Of a stretch of DNA of 64,000 nt, positions 56,301-64,000 are shown piece by piece (the first letter of the stretch is position 1; each line of letters opens with the position of its first letter). The notes beneath the pieces are model-generated. The model did not search any database and had not been told where the DNA came from. It saw nothing but the letters and a program-made list of their open reading frames with translations. The stretch is from a virus, in IMG/VR virus record IMGVR_UViG_3300036851_000176, positions 32,001-96,000 of that record; one strand, 5' to 3'. The translations under genes were made by a program, and so were the position numbers.

Positions 56301-57078
56301 TGTCAACCAAATCGCGCGCATTCTTGCGTTCCTCGCCAGCAAGATCGCGAGTGGATCTGATGTGTTCCTTCTGGAGCAAGGTCGAAGCGTTCAGAACAGC
56401 CTTGAGGCGACCGACAGCGGCGACGAGCAGACCGACCACGGGGATAGCCTGCATCACGCCTGCGACGAGGGCACCGCCGATCGCCGCCGCTGCCAGTGTT
56501 GCCGCCGAGGCCACAGAAATCAGCGCTGCGGCTAGGTTCAATACCGCCGTGACCAGCGAGAAGATCACGGGAGCCAGAAGGGCTGCTACCGTGTTCATTC
56601 GCGTCAGGCTCTTGACGGCGTTGTCAAATCCTCTCGAAGCGTTGTAGGCGAAGTTGAAGAATGCTCCCTGCGCCTGACGAGTCGCGTAGTCCATATCGCG
56701 GACGCCTCGCCTCAGATCGAAAAACTGACGCTGGATACCGAGCGCTGCCTGGCGAACTCGTCCAAATCCCTTTTCGAGAGCATTGTTGCTTCTCAGGAGG
56801 CGCTGAGTCTCCAAGTCGAGCATGTGCATCGTATGCACCTTGTCTTTGATCACGGCCACTTCTCTGTTGGCCGCAATGACCGCTCGCTCCGCAGCCTGAG
56901 ACGAATTTCTGGAGGCTCCGGCCTGTCTGGTCTGCGAAACCGTCACCCGGTCCGTGGCACTGGACAGCCCTTCGGCTTCGGCCTTGAACGCCCTCAATTC
57001 CGCGCTCGCCTTGGCAAGCGTGGCCGTGAGGTTGTCGCGCCCCTGGAGAATAATTTCAATGAAGTATTCTGCGTCCAT
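53317..57078 (-). CDS. Tape measure protein
   Basis: 1253 aa Ala-rich helical protein, YDQGGEVGG...AHVGEWVLN; position in tail module. Confidence 0.9.
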   Translation of the reverse strand: MDAEYFIEIILQGRDNLTATLAKASAELRAFKAEAEGLSSATDRVTVSQTRQAGASRNSSQAAERAVIAANREVAVIKDKVHTMHMLDLETQRLLRSNNALEKGFGRVRQAALGIQRQFFDLRRGVRDMDYATRQAQGAFFNFAYNASRGFDNAVKSLTRMNTVAALLAPVIFSLVTAVLNLAAALISVASAATLAAAAIGGALVAGVMQAIPVVGLLVAAVGRLKAVLNASTLLQKEHIRSTRDLAGEERKNARDLVDIQNQKIDAILAEKSARLSLLEAKQRLRDMARAEAQDQRELGVLKGNVTQAQQALALAQATGDPAAISAALSQLATAQQQFNAAKNAAAANTQDLEKRRAQLAVQEAAQRQKEATIARQRAVEDAARAKRTGYVTKPQGAAGEDAAQQALKGLDPTERRLLAIVDRFKALWKKATRPLTDAILDAIGDAIQTLEKLFADKNFMAAWRGLATTIGNSIRELARFFTSPEQRAFFTSFINLANKNLPTIVRIFEQIFTLVEKIALAFAPVFSHILGGVSGFLGRQNERAGQPARAGAGFQQNRLGAFAERSQGFLDQFMKFLGAFFHFLGAVIGVAAGPGGTALERMTAAFQRWADELNGPKHQAAREFFLKSIEISGQILEFFGKLIKVLFDLSQNSAFTTFLTDLETIGLPALKHVGEAYGGLFRILAVAASQPGLKQITEIFVALVLASKIVPGVGFALRQIIRGLARGTAALAARVGASRISGAIGKFLNPEVTAIEQTAAAELAAKAAQTATLVEAITLGGAGGGFSGRKMGKAEGDAYWKARDAERALGRETVTTTTRLGRLRGALNRWGARLPIVGGIMTRNLLPATNSLILKLGLRAGLAGVALIAGYELSKVIRRIPILGGALQGLGKILGSLAYDAVQWTKRVAKAAADSPLGAPGRLAADLFGKGDSGGEATLSPRAMQAYRAWSRAHPHATAKQRQDAFKRFAERYGGSYDQGGEVGGAGLGAAVPITAHVGEWVLNQGQQSQIAHALGLPVGLIKEFLFGKSRGESMSEHIRKRKQARRLLAGVGNLAHGFDNDRMGQWFGFSPDIDDWAGTELGVPGGEGTAAQQKAREARSPLFIDTPLGQYVNLARNDLQYIIKSKGFWIPEYVKRAQGYAGATRAQINAWKRGHVMRGLGIHEGEGGQAAIGAIMRSKLWSYGSGGVVGFQPASVPHQSFAAGGVVARGATPKATGATKQTNQTFEIITASPKVDIDYVMRVAKIHAESG

Positions 57079-57245
57079 TACTGCTTAGCCCTTAGGCGTT
57101 CCAACTCCCTTCGCTTCGCTGCGATCTCTCCTTCGATCTGCGCTCGTCTTGGGAGGAGATCTGCCTCTGCTGCTAGCGCCTGATGCTGCGCCTCCAGCAA
57201 GCGGATCTCCTCCCGCACTCTGTCGATGCGCTCCTTCCGGTTCAC
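57078..57245 (-). CDS. Small coiled-coil protein (55 aa)
   Basis: Hand translation MNRKERIDRVREEIRLLEAQHQ...; GTGA and TAATG overlaps. Confidence 0.65.
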   Translation of the reverse strand: MNRKERIDRVREEIRLLEAQHQALAAEADLLPRRAQIEGEIAAKRRELERLRAKQ

Positions 57246-57676
57246 TCTGAGTCGAGTTCCCCTTCCCGGCCAGCCGCTTTGTAAGCGACGACCAGAGCGG
57301 CATCGATTGTCTCCAGACCCTTACGGGCCGGGTCGAGAGCGGCGACGGTGTCCAGGAAATCCTGGGACATGCCGAGCGCCCCGATGTTCTTCTTGCGCAG
57401 TTCCAGGCGCTTGATCTCTGCGATCTGACGCTCCTTCGCTTCGCTGAGACCGACGATGGTTTTGTTCGCCTGCATCTTGGTCTTGAGTTCAAGCAAGATG
57501 TCGGCGTCCACCTGAACGGTGTCGATGCCGTCCATCGGCGTGACAGCCTTCGTCGTCTCCAGCTCGCGCACCGCGTCCGCCGAGAGCTGCGCGTGGTTAA
57601 GCGACTTGAACTTCTTCCAGTCGCTGTACACGACGCGCTTCGTCTTCTTCAGGCCCCTTGCGGTTCCTGTGGTCAT
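57242..57676 (-). CDS. Hypothetical protein
   Basis: AAGGAGG RBS before MTTGTARG. Confidence 0.75.
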   Translation of the reverse strand: MTTGTARGLKKTKRVVYSDWKKFKSLNHAQLSADAVRELETTKAVTPMDGIDTVQVDADILLELKTKMQANKTIVGLSEAKERQIAEIKRLELRKKNIGALGMSQDFLDTVAALDPARKGLETIDAALVVAYKAAGREGELDSE

Positions 57677-57695
57677 TCGGGCACCTCCTTCGTTA

Positions 57696-57989
57696 CTAGT
57701 CGAGACCCGACATACCGAGTCCCGTGGTGAACGCCTTGCGGCGCTTGTGCTTACGGATGTATCTGCGTGCTGCTTCGATCTGTTCTGATGCTCTCCGAAG
57801 GGCTTCCTCTGCTTGCAATTCGGCGTATCCGTTCTGACCCTTCGCCAGGTCTTTGGCATGGATCAAAAGATCCTCAGCGGCATCCAACTCATCTCCGAGT
57901 CGGCTGACCTCTTTGGACAGACCAGAGACTAGAGATTCGAGTTCTCGCTCTCGTCTCCGACACTCGTCATGCACGCCTGATTTGCTCAC
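57696..57989 (-). CDS. Hypothetical coiled-coil protein
   Basis: AAGGAG RBS, GTGA overlap. Confidence 0.7.
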   Translation of the reverse strand: MSKSGVHDECRRRERELESLVSGLSKEVSRLGDELDAAEDLLIHAKDLAKGQNGYAELQAEEALRRASEQIEAARRYIRKHKRRKAFTTGLGMSGLD

Positions 57990-59010
57990 GTCTGGTCGAT
58001 CTCCTTCTTGAAATCCTTCATGAGTCTCTCCGAGCGATCTTGTCGGACTGCTGCCTCTTCCATCATCCCTGCGATGATCGCGTCTTCTGTGCCGATGCGC
58101 GGCGATTTGATGGCTGCGAAAAACGGATCTGTCCAGTCGATCTCGTTATCCTCTGGCTTAACGCCGGTACGGATTTCGACGACCGCTCTATTGAATCCAT
58201 CTTCAATCTGTTGCAGCATTCCTGTCCTTGATCCCTCCTTGCCTTCCTCCTGGGGGTCGTAGTTCGAGTTGCCCCAGACTCCAGCGATCATCATGTTCTT
58301 CACTTCGATGAGTTGTGCGATTGCTTTGCGCTTCGCGTGAGCCTCGAACATTTTCTCGAACAGTTTCCAGTAGGTCTCCTTCAGTTGTTCGATTGTCTCG
58401 GGGTGTTCGCTGCTGTACTCCTCCAGAGCCTCTACGACTGTGATGGCGGGGACTTCATCTTGCTTCCCGCCTTCTCCGCTAGTGGCGCGATCTGCTCCTT
58501 GAAAAAATCCCGCAGCACTTCCCAGTTCTGATCGAAGAAGGTGTCGAGGATCGCGGCGCCATCGGCGTCACTCAGCCCGCCTTTCTCTTCGTCCAGTTCG
58601 AAGATCTCCTTCACGATCTCGCGCTGTCCGCGCGGAACGTTCAGGATCGTGCAGTACAGATCTCCGACGATCTCTGGGGCATACGAGATCAGTTTGGCGA
58701 CACCGCGAACGAACGTGTCGGCGTCCTTTACGTCCTCGATCAGATTTCCGGATCGCTCCGGAGTATCGAGAAGGTCTCCGACCGAGATGCCGGTCGGTCC
58801 GGTCATCGCACGGTCGAGCGCACGACCCAGGACGGCGAAGAAATCGAGCTTGCCGAAGAAGGTCAGTGGCTTCTGCTGAAACGTGAACTCGTAGTCGTCT
58901 TTACCGACGACCTGAACACGCGTGGCGACACTCGGCACGAGAATCTCTGCGGGATCCACAGCCTCTGTCTCCTGGTCTTTGGTTTCTACTGCTGATGCTA
59001 CTGCGGTCAC
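57986..59010 (-). CDS. Tail assembly chaperone, -1 frameshift fusion (gpGT-like)
   Basis: Slippery T TTT TTC at 58501..58507; -1 frame is open into the 57986..58351 ORF. Confidence 0.8.
58432..59010 (-). CDS. Tail assembly chaperone (gpG-like)
   Basis: Position upstream of TMP; ends just past the slippery site. Confidence 0.8.
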   Translation of the reverse strand: MTAVASAVETKDQETEAVDPAEILVPSVATRVQVVGKDDYEFTFQQKPLTFFGKLDFFAVLGRALDRAMTGPTGISVGDLLDTPERSGNLIEDVKDADTFVRGVAKLISYAPEIVGDLYCTILNVPRGQREIVKEIFELDEEKGGLSDADGAAILDTFFDQNWEVLRDFFKEQIAPLAEKAGSKMKSPPSQS

Positions 59011-59028
59011 TTTGTGACTCCTTTCTGT

Positions 59029-59562
59029 TTACCTGGCAATCTGACGAGCCAGTCTATGAATGCGAAGCGGAATTTCTGAGCGCTTCGCGATTTCGAACGC
59101 TTCAGTCAAGAAGGGCTGTGGTCTCTGTCCCTTGTTCTCAACCCTCTTTCGGAAGTACACCTCTCCATCTCCCGCCGTCAGTTTGAGGACGTTGCCGACC
59201 GCTGGATTTCTTCGTCCTAGTCGATCGATTCCCCAGTTCGGCGGGAAGTTCGTCTGCTGCTTCTCGATCACGAACGGCCGATGAAGCGGGCCGTAGATAC
59301 CGGTTCCGCCATGAACGAACTTCGCGTGCTTTGGAAATCTCCGAACGCCAACGCCGCCTCGGTAGTGTCCTCCGCCCATCGGATGGGCCGGTGTCTCCCC
59401 GACTGCCTCTCCAAGTGCTCCCGGAGCCGCAGCGCGAGCCAGCCTCCCGATGGTTCCGCTGATGTCATCCATCGCTTCCATGAGGTAGTGCCCCGTTCGA
59501 GCGATGGTCGCATCAACGTCACGGTAGAACCTCTGTTCCCCGACGACCTTGACTTGGATCAC
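59029..59562 (-). CDS. HK97 gp10-like neck / tail completion protein
   Basis: HAKFVHGGTG.YG...KGQRPQPFL.EA. Confidence 0.75.
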   Translation of the reverse strand: MIQVKVVGEQRFYRDVDATIARTGHYLMEAMDDISGTIGRLARAAAPGALGEAVGETPAHPMGGGHYRGGVGVRRFPKHAKFVHGGTGIYGPLHRPFVIEKQQTNFPPNWGIDRLGRRNPAVGNVLKLTAGDGEVYFRKRVENKGQRPQPFLTEAFEIAKRSEIPLRIHRLARQIAR

Positions 59563-59750
59563 GCCGCCGATGTCCCTTCGTTGGCTGTCGTACTGTCGGG
59601 ACGCTTGTACGTGACCTTGCCTCGATTGATGACAACGGGAGAAGCGGGAACGATCCGCTCGTAGAAGTCGTCTCCGTCCGAGTCGGTCATGTTCGGCTCC
59701 GCCTCATAACTGTCATCGTTGTCGGCGTTATGCGGAATCACTTTCGCCAT
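59559..59750 (-). CDS. Small hypothetical protein
   Basis: AAGGAGG RBS. Confidence 0.65.
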   Translation of the reverse strand: MAKVIPHNADNDDSYEAEPNMTDSDGDDFYERIVPASPVVINRGKVTYKRPDSTTANEGTSAA

Positions 59751-59765
59751 GGCTTGCCTCCTTCC

Positions 59766-60407
59766 TTACGTTGTCGCGATCGACCCCGGATACGTGACCC
59801 ACTGATCGATCCTGTAATCAAGACGCGCTCCCTGCCAGAACCAGCGGGGTCCGTGTCCTTTCTCCTGACGACGAACAAAAACGTCAGTCTTGATGATGTT
59901 CGGTTGGTTACCGATGCGCGGCACGATCTTTCCAAGGGAGCGAGCATCGTCGCTCATGAGCACTTTGTGAGCTGCTGCGATCGTGCGGTCAAGACGGCTG
60001 CCAACAAGGATACAGGCATTGACGTTTTCGTCAACGTCCAGTCGGTCATCCGTTCCGACAGCCTTCACCATGATCTCGATCGCCAGGTTCACGAGATACC
60101 TGTCCTGGTGGTCGCTGTTAGTCGCCTGAGCATCGGCTCTCCAAGCAAACGCGGAAACGTTCGGGTAGCGCTCGATCGGAGCGTCCAGTAGCGAAGGCTG
60201 GATCCCCGGATAGAAATTCCGAGCCTCGATCTCCTCCACCTCGATTGTCGGGAGAGCACGACCAGTAAACGCCTCGAAGTCGGCGTCCTCTTCCGCCCAG
60301 TTGGCAGCGTCACTGATGACCTGGTCGTTAAGGTAGGCAAGGAGAAACCGCAGCGCTCCACGCTGGATTCGCTCGAACTCGATCTGATCAGTGATGATCC
60401 GCCCCAA
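59766..60407 (-). CDS. Probable tail terminator protein
   Basis: Position among connector genes; YP...V...I.IMV pattern. Confidence 0.55.
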   Translation of the reverse strand: MGRIITDQIEFERIQRGALRFLLAYLNDQVISDAANWAEEDADFEAFTGRALPTIEVEEIEARNFYPGIQPSLLDAPIERYPNVSAFAWRADAQATNSDHQDRYLVNLAIEIMVKAVGTDDRLDVDENVNACILVGSRLDRTIAAAHKVLMSDDARSLGKIVPRIGNQPNIIKTDVFVRRQEKGHGPRWFWQGARLDYRIDQWVTYPGSIATT

Positions 60408-60959
60408 TTACACCAACTCCTCTCCGAGGAAATGGTCCAGCGAGGGGATGACACCAGGGACACGAGGTCTACTCTTGATGACCGGTCCGAACTCCTGGGG
60501 ATCCGGGGTGATGAGGATGCCGCGACCGTTGTCTCCGTATGAAACTCCTGGCGCCCAACTGGTCTTGCCAGAGATGCCGAGAACCTCGTCCCACTCGTCC
60601 GCGACTTCTGCGCTGAGGCGCTTGAAGAGTTCCTGAAGGTGGGCCAGTCGGCTCGGGAAATCTTCCGACTCCTCCGGTCCATGAGTTTCCACGGTCTCAG
60701 ACTGATCCATCCAGTAGTCGATCGCAGCAGGGATGAACTTGAGGGTTGTGACCTTCCCGATGAACTCGATTTGTCGCGGGTTGAACTCGGCTTCCTCAGT
60801 TGGATTTGCCAATTCCGTGCTGAACAGCCGGAAGATGACGTAGTTAGCCAAGGTCTGAAGGTCGTTCAGGGAGTAGTAGTCCGTCGTTTCGGACGGCCCG
60901 ATCATGGCCTTGTAGGTCGCCGGGACGTGCCGACGCACGGATTCTGTGATTGCTCCCAT
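60408..60959 (-). CDS. Probable head-tail adaptor
   Basis: Helical ~180 aa protein, first connector-like gene. Confidence 0.5.
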   Translation of the reverse strand: MGAITESVRRHVPATYKAMIGPSETTDYYSLNDLQTLANYVIFRLFSTELANPTEEAEFNPRQIEFIGKVTTLKFIPAAIDYWMDQSETVETHGPEESEDFPSRLAHLQELFKRLSAEVADEWDEVLGISGKTSWAPGVSYGDNGRGILITPDPQEFGPVIKSRPRVPGVIPSLDHFLGEELV

Positions 60960-60991
60960 CTACCCTCCTTTCCGCTTACGAATCCGTGCTG

Positions 60992-61462
60992 TTAGGACCT
61001 TGCTGCCGCGCCGACGAGAAAGGTGTTGGCGCCTGTCTTGCCGATCTGCTTCTCCGCTGTGTAGTACACGCGACTCGGAGTGACGAACTCCTGCTGAGTC
61101 TGAGCCTCCATGGTGACGATCTTCACGTCACGCTCGTCCTCGGCATACACGAGTTCCTCGACCTCTCCCGCCTGGACCGCTTCGACCAGTTCAGGCTGGA
61201 CTTCGGCGACCGCGACATACTGGCCGAGAGCGAGAACCTTCGATCGAACCTCATCGACGCGAGGTGCTTCCGCGTCACGAGCATCCTTTTCTCTTTCCTC
61301 GTCCTCGTCCTTGATCAGATGGATCTGAATCGATCCGTCTTTCTTCGTGCAGACGAGAAAACCCGTCGTCGATGTGACTTCGGGCTGTGTCTGCGAATCC
61401 TGTTCGGGGACTTCTGCTGCCGTCGTCTCGGCTGTCTTCTTCGTATCGGTGCTCTTGGGCAC
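60992..61462 (-). CDS. Hypothetical acidic protein
   Basis: AAAGGAG RBS, GTG start. Confidence 0.7.
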   Translation of the reverse strand: MPKSTDTKKTAETTAAEVPEQDSQTQPEVTSTTGFLVCTKKDGSIQIHLIKDEDEEREKDARDAEAPRVDEVRSKVLALGQYVAVAEVQPELVEAVQAGEVEELVYAEDERDVKIVTMEAQTQQEFVTPSRVYYTAEKQIGKTGANTFLVGAAARS

Positions 61463-61487
61463 TGTGTCTCCTTTTCATTGGGGTGAA

Positions 61488-61507
61488 GCCACCCCCGAAG
61501 GGGTGGC
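61488..61507 (-). terminator. UUCG-capped hairpin after major tail gene
   Basis: GCCACCCC-TTCG-GGGGTGGC on the - strand. Confidence 0.65.
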
Positions 61508-61545
61508 CTCACTGATGACGATTTTCTTCACTTCTTCGGCCTGGC

Positions 61546-62163
61546 TTAGACCTCGTTCGTCACGTCCGTGTCGAAGATCATGAAGTACCGCTGGAGCTGG
61601 TCCGGGATGCTGGTGTCGGCCAGTGCCTTGAAGCGAACTGGCACGGTCTGCTGCTCCCCGGTCTTCGCGTACACGATTGACGACTCCTGCGGAGTGCGCT
61701 GTGTCTTCCGGAAAACGTACGCACGAATGTTTCCGTTCTCCTTCTGGAACAGCACCGCGAGGCGACGCCGCGTGTACGTGAGTGGGTTACCGACACCCAT
61801 CGTGGTCTGACCCGCTGCCGCGTCTACGACAGGAGTCGAACCTTCCCAAGCCAGCGCGAGGTGCTTCAGGCTCATCTCGGCCAGTGCGGTCGAGACTTCA
61901 CACGTCCAGCCCGTAGGCCGCGAGTCGATGTCGCCGTAGACCTGGTCCACGTCGAACGTCTCCTCCGTGTTGTTCACGGTGATGGTGATTCCGGTCTTCG
62001 TCGCTCCGAGGTCATGCCAAGCAGTCTTGGCGTTGTAGACCGTCGTATCGATGATGTCCTCGATCTCACTCGGGAACGCCACCGTAGCGCCAGCCCACAA
62101 GAAGCGGGCGGCGCCACGGATGAAGTTGTCCTCGTTGAGCTCTACTCGATGGAAGTCAGTCAT
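61546..62163 (-). CDS. Major tail (tube) protein
   Basis: W.DLGATK.GI.I...F.VDQ...V.T.LAE.S..L..AW...PV.F.AL.D. Confidence 0.85.
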   Translation of the reverse strand: MTDFHRVELNEDNFIRGAARFLWAGATVAFPSEIEDIIDTTVYNAKTAWHDLGATKTGITITVNNTEETFDVDQVYGDIDSRPTGWTCEVSTALAEMSLKHLALAWEGSTPVVDAAAGQTTMGVGNPLTYTRRRLAVLFQKENGNIRAYVFRKTQRTPQESSIVYAKTGEQQTVPVRFKALADTSIPDQLQRYFMIFDTDVTNEV

Positions 62164-62176
62164 TCAGACCGCCCCC

Positions 62177-63268
62177 TTACGCGACTGTCGCAGCGATCAC
62201 TGCGTCCGGGTAGTTCAGGCGCGGGATGCGCGCGCTGGACGCCCGAAGGTAGTGAGTCCGCGACATTCCGTCGAGAAGCACCTCGGCCTGGAAGCCCTGG
62301 CGATTCTCTGTCTTGTTCCAGTCCGTCAGGACCATGACCTGGCCGTCCAGGGTCTGCGCGATCGGCACACCCTCGATTGCCAGCGGGCCGAGCACGAGCA
62401 CCTTGTTGTCGGGCAGGTACTTCGTGAGCGACGGCCGACCGACGCCAGCCTCGCCCTCTGCTCGGTATCCGTTGTCGTAGATCGTGATGTCCTGGTTGAC
62501 CGCGAACGACGTGAACATCTCCAGGATGTCCTGCTTGCGTGGGCGCTGGATCGGTGCCGCGCCCTGCGCGAAGAAGTTGATCGTGTTGATGATCTTCGTG
62601 TTGCGGATCAGGTAGTCGAACGTCTTCGAGGTCATGTACAGATGGCGCGCGTAGAAGCCCGCGTCGTCTGCCATGAGTTCCGACCACGTCTGGATGTCGG
62701 CGACCGGATCGGCCGTCGCGACCTGACTCCATCGAGCACCTGCCGTCAGGGTTGGCAGGTGGTCAGCGGCCACGTCGTAGTCCACCTGGAGAGTGTTACC
62801 TCCGGGGTACGTGATCGTGAGCTTGCCGTTGAGCAGCATGTCCCAACGCATCGCCTCTGTGAGGCGCTCGTTGCGGAGCCGGAGAATGCGCCCACGCTCG
62901 ACCAGTTCGACACCGGCCGACCGCAGAACGTTCTCGTCGTCGCTCTCGAGCTTCATCCACTCTTCCTCCTCGATGGGGTGGATCTCTTCGAGGATGACGA
63001 GTCCGATGATCTTCTCCTGCCACGACAGCTCGGGGCTGTACACGGCAGGCGAACCGTCGGGAGCGCGGAACTGCCCAACGCCGAACGGCTTCAGCTCGCG
63101 CACGCGCTGCTTGACCGTCCGCGTCGTGACGCTCTTGTTGGGAGCGAGGGTCTCACCGAGACGAGTCTCGGCATCCTCCGCCGCCCCGGGATCGCGGCCA
63201 GCCGCCGGACGAGTGATCTCCTCCGTCAGCGCTGCCTGATCCCATACGTCAAACACTTGCATAGGCAT
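62177..63268 (-). CDS. Major capsid protein (lambda gpE-like family)
   Basis: R.ERL.E.M...L.NGK.TI...VDY.V...W.....ADP..DI; follows decoration gene. Confidence 0.9.
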   Translation of the reverse strand: MPMQVFDVWDQAALTEEITRPAAGRDPGAAEDAETRLGETLAPNKSVTTRTVKQRVRELKPFGVGQFRAPDGSPAVYSPELSWQEKIIGLVILEEIHPIEEEEWMKLESDDENVLRSAGVELVERGRILRLRNERLTEAMRWDMLLNGKLTITYPGGNTLQVDYDVAADHLPTLTAGARWSQVATADPVADIQTWSELMADDAGFYARHLYMTSKTFDYLIRNTKIINTINFFAQGAAPIQRPRKQDILEMFTSFAVNQDITIYDNGYRAEGEAGVGRPSLTKYLPDNKVLVLGPLAIEGVPIAQTLDGQVMVLTDWNKTENRQGFQAEVLLDGMSRTHYLRASSARIPRLNYPDAVIAATVA

Positions 63269-63291
63269 GGTTGTTCACACCTCCTTTCGGG

Positions 63292-63759
63292 TTACGAGAG
63301 CGGCGAACCGCTCGGGTCATGTGCGAGGAACTCGCACGTTGGGAGCGCGGTGGCAGCGCGGGTCACAGCGGGGCTGTTCTCCGACACTTCGACTCCACCT
63401 GCGATCTTGAGCTTCGACACGTCGAACGAGACCAGACGGTAGAACGCTCCGAAAGGCTCGTCGCCCTCCGTGACGTTCCCTGCAAGGTCCACGTTCTCGA
63501 TCAGCACGCCGACGATCTCGGCAGCGCTGTCTCCAGCGGAGTTGTCTCCGCCGTAGGCCGTCACCTTGCCATCCCGTGTCGAGTTGACGAGGATCGTGCC
63601 TGCCGGAGCGAAGAAGCGCGAGCCGTCAGTCGGCGACGCGAACGCACCGTCGTCCGTGGCGTCGAGCACGACGTTCTTGCGAGGCGTGCCCACCGGCGCC
63701 GCGAAACGCAGCGGCGAAACGCTGCCGTAGCTTGCCTTCTTCACGATGTTTGCTGGCAT
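63292..63759 (-). CDS. Head decoration protein (lambda gpD-like)
   Basis: PAGTIL...GK..AY...IVGVL.E.VDL; directly upstream of MCP. Confidence 0.75.
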   Translation of the reverse strand: MPANIVKKASYGSVSPLRFAAPVGTPRKNVVLDATDDGAFASPTDGSRFFAPAGTILVNSTRDGKVTAYGGDNSAGDSAAEIVGVLIENVDLAGNVTEGDEPFGAFYRLVSFDVSKLKIAGGVEVSENSPAVTRAATALPTCEFLAHDPSGSPLS

Positions 63760-63779
63760 TTGGACTTACCTCCTTTCGA

Positions 63780-64000
63780 TTACTCGGACTTCTTCTCTGC
63801 CTTCGCCTCGGCCTCGGCCTTGGCGACAGCCTCGTCGGACGACAGGCCCTCCTCCAGGAAGAGCTGGCGTGCCCGACGCTGAACGTCAGCCGAAAGTTCG
63901 ACCTCTTCGGTCGTCTCCTCGGGCTTCGTTCCCTCGGTCGTGTCCTTGTCCGTGACCTGCTTGTCTTCCAGGTTCACGGCCCCACTGAGATCGACGAGAG
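63780..64000 (-). CDS. C-terminus of scaffold / prohead protease (partial)
   Basis: Acidic helical tail upstream of decoration gene; frame is open to the window edge. Confidence 0.55.
   Translation of the reverse strand, partial: LVDLSGAVNLEDKQVTDKDTTEGTKPEETTEEVELSADVQRRARQLFLEEGLSSDEAVAKAEAEAKAEKKSE

Overview
This 64 kb window is a segment of a high-GC tailed dsDNA phage genome with a siphovirus-type tail and probably an actinobacterial host (inferred). Almost all genes are on the - strand. In transcription order (right to left): scaffold end, head decoration protein, major capsid and major tail protein, head-tail connectors, a tail chaperone with a -1 frameshift, tape measure, Dit, minor tail and tail fibres (64-44.5 kb). 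Next is a small + strand cassette of short genes (43.2-44.5 kb). Then come an SF2 helicase, MerR regulator, HAD hydrolase, proteasome/HslV-like Ntn protease, methionine aminopeptidase, DUF3310 and thyX with a LAGLIDADG endonuclease. A structured non-coding region precedes the replication module: DnaB, primase, SSB, DnaE, RecA, resolvase and Cas4-like nuclease. After ParB-like, DUF4338-like and PD-(D/E)XK genes come terminase and portal. The last 15 kb is a cluster of collagen-like, Gly-rich and LamG fibre genes with two glycosyltransferases. No integrase, lysin, tRNA, CRISPR array or reverse transcriptase was seen. Best leads: (1) a putative virion-fibre glycosylation system, (2) a homing endonuclease that appears to have replaced the thyX 3' end, (3) a MetAP plus Thr1 protease pair, (4) a DUF4338 plus nuclease cassette, (5) a structured RNA upstream of the helicase, (6) an unrecognised ~75-aa domain in three copies. 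All family calls come from motif recognition, not database searches.
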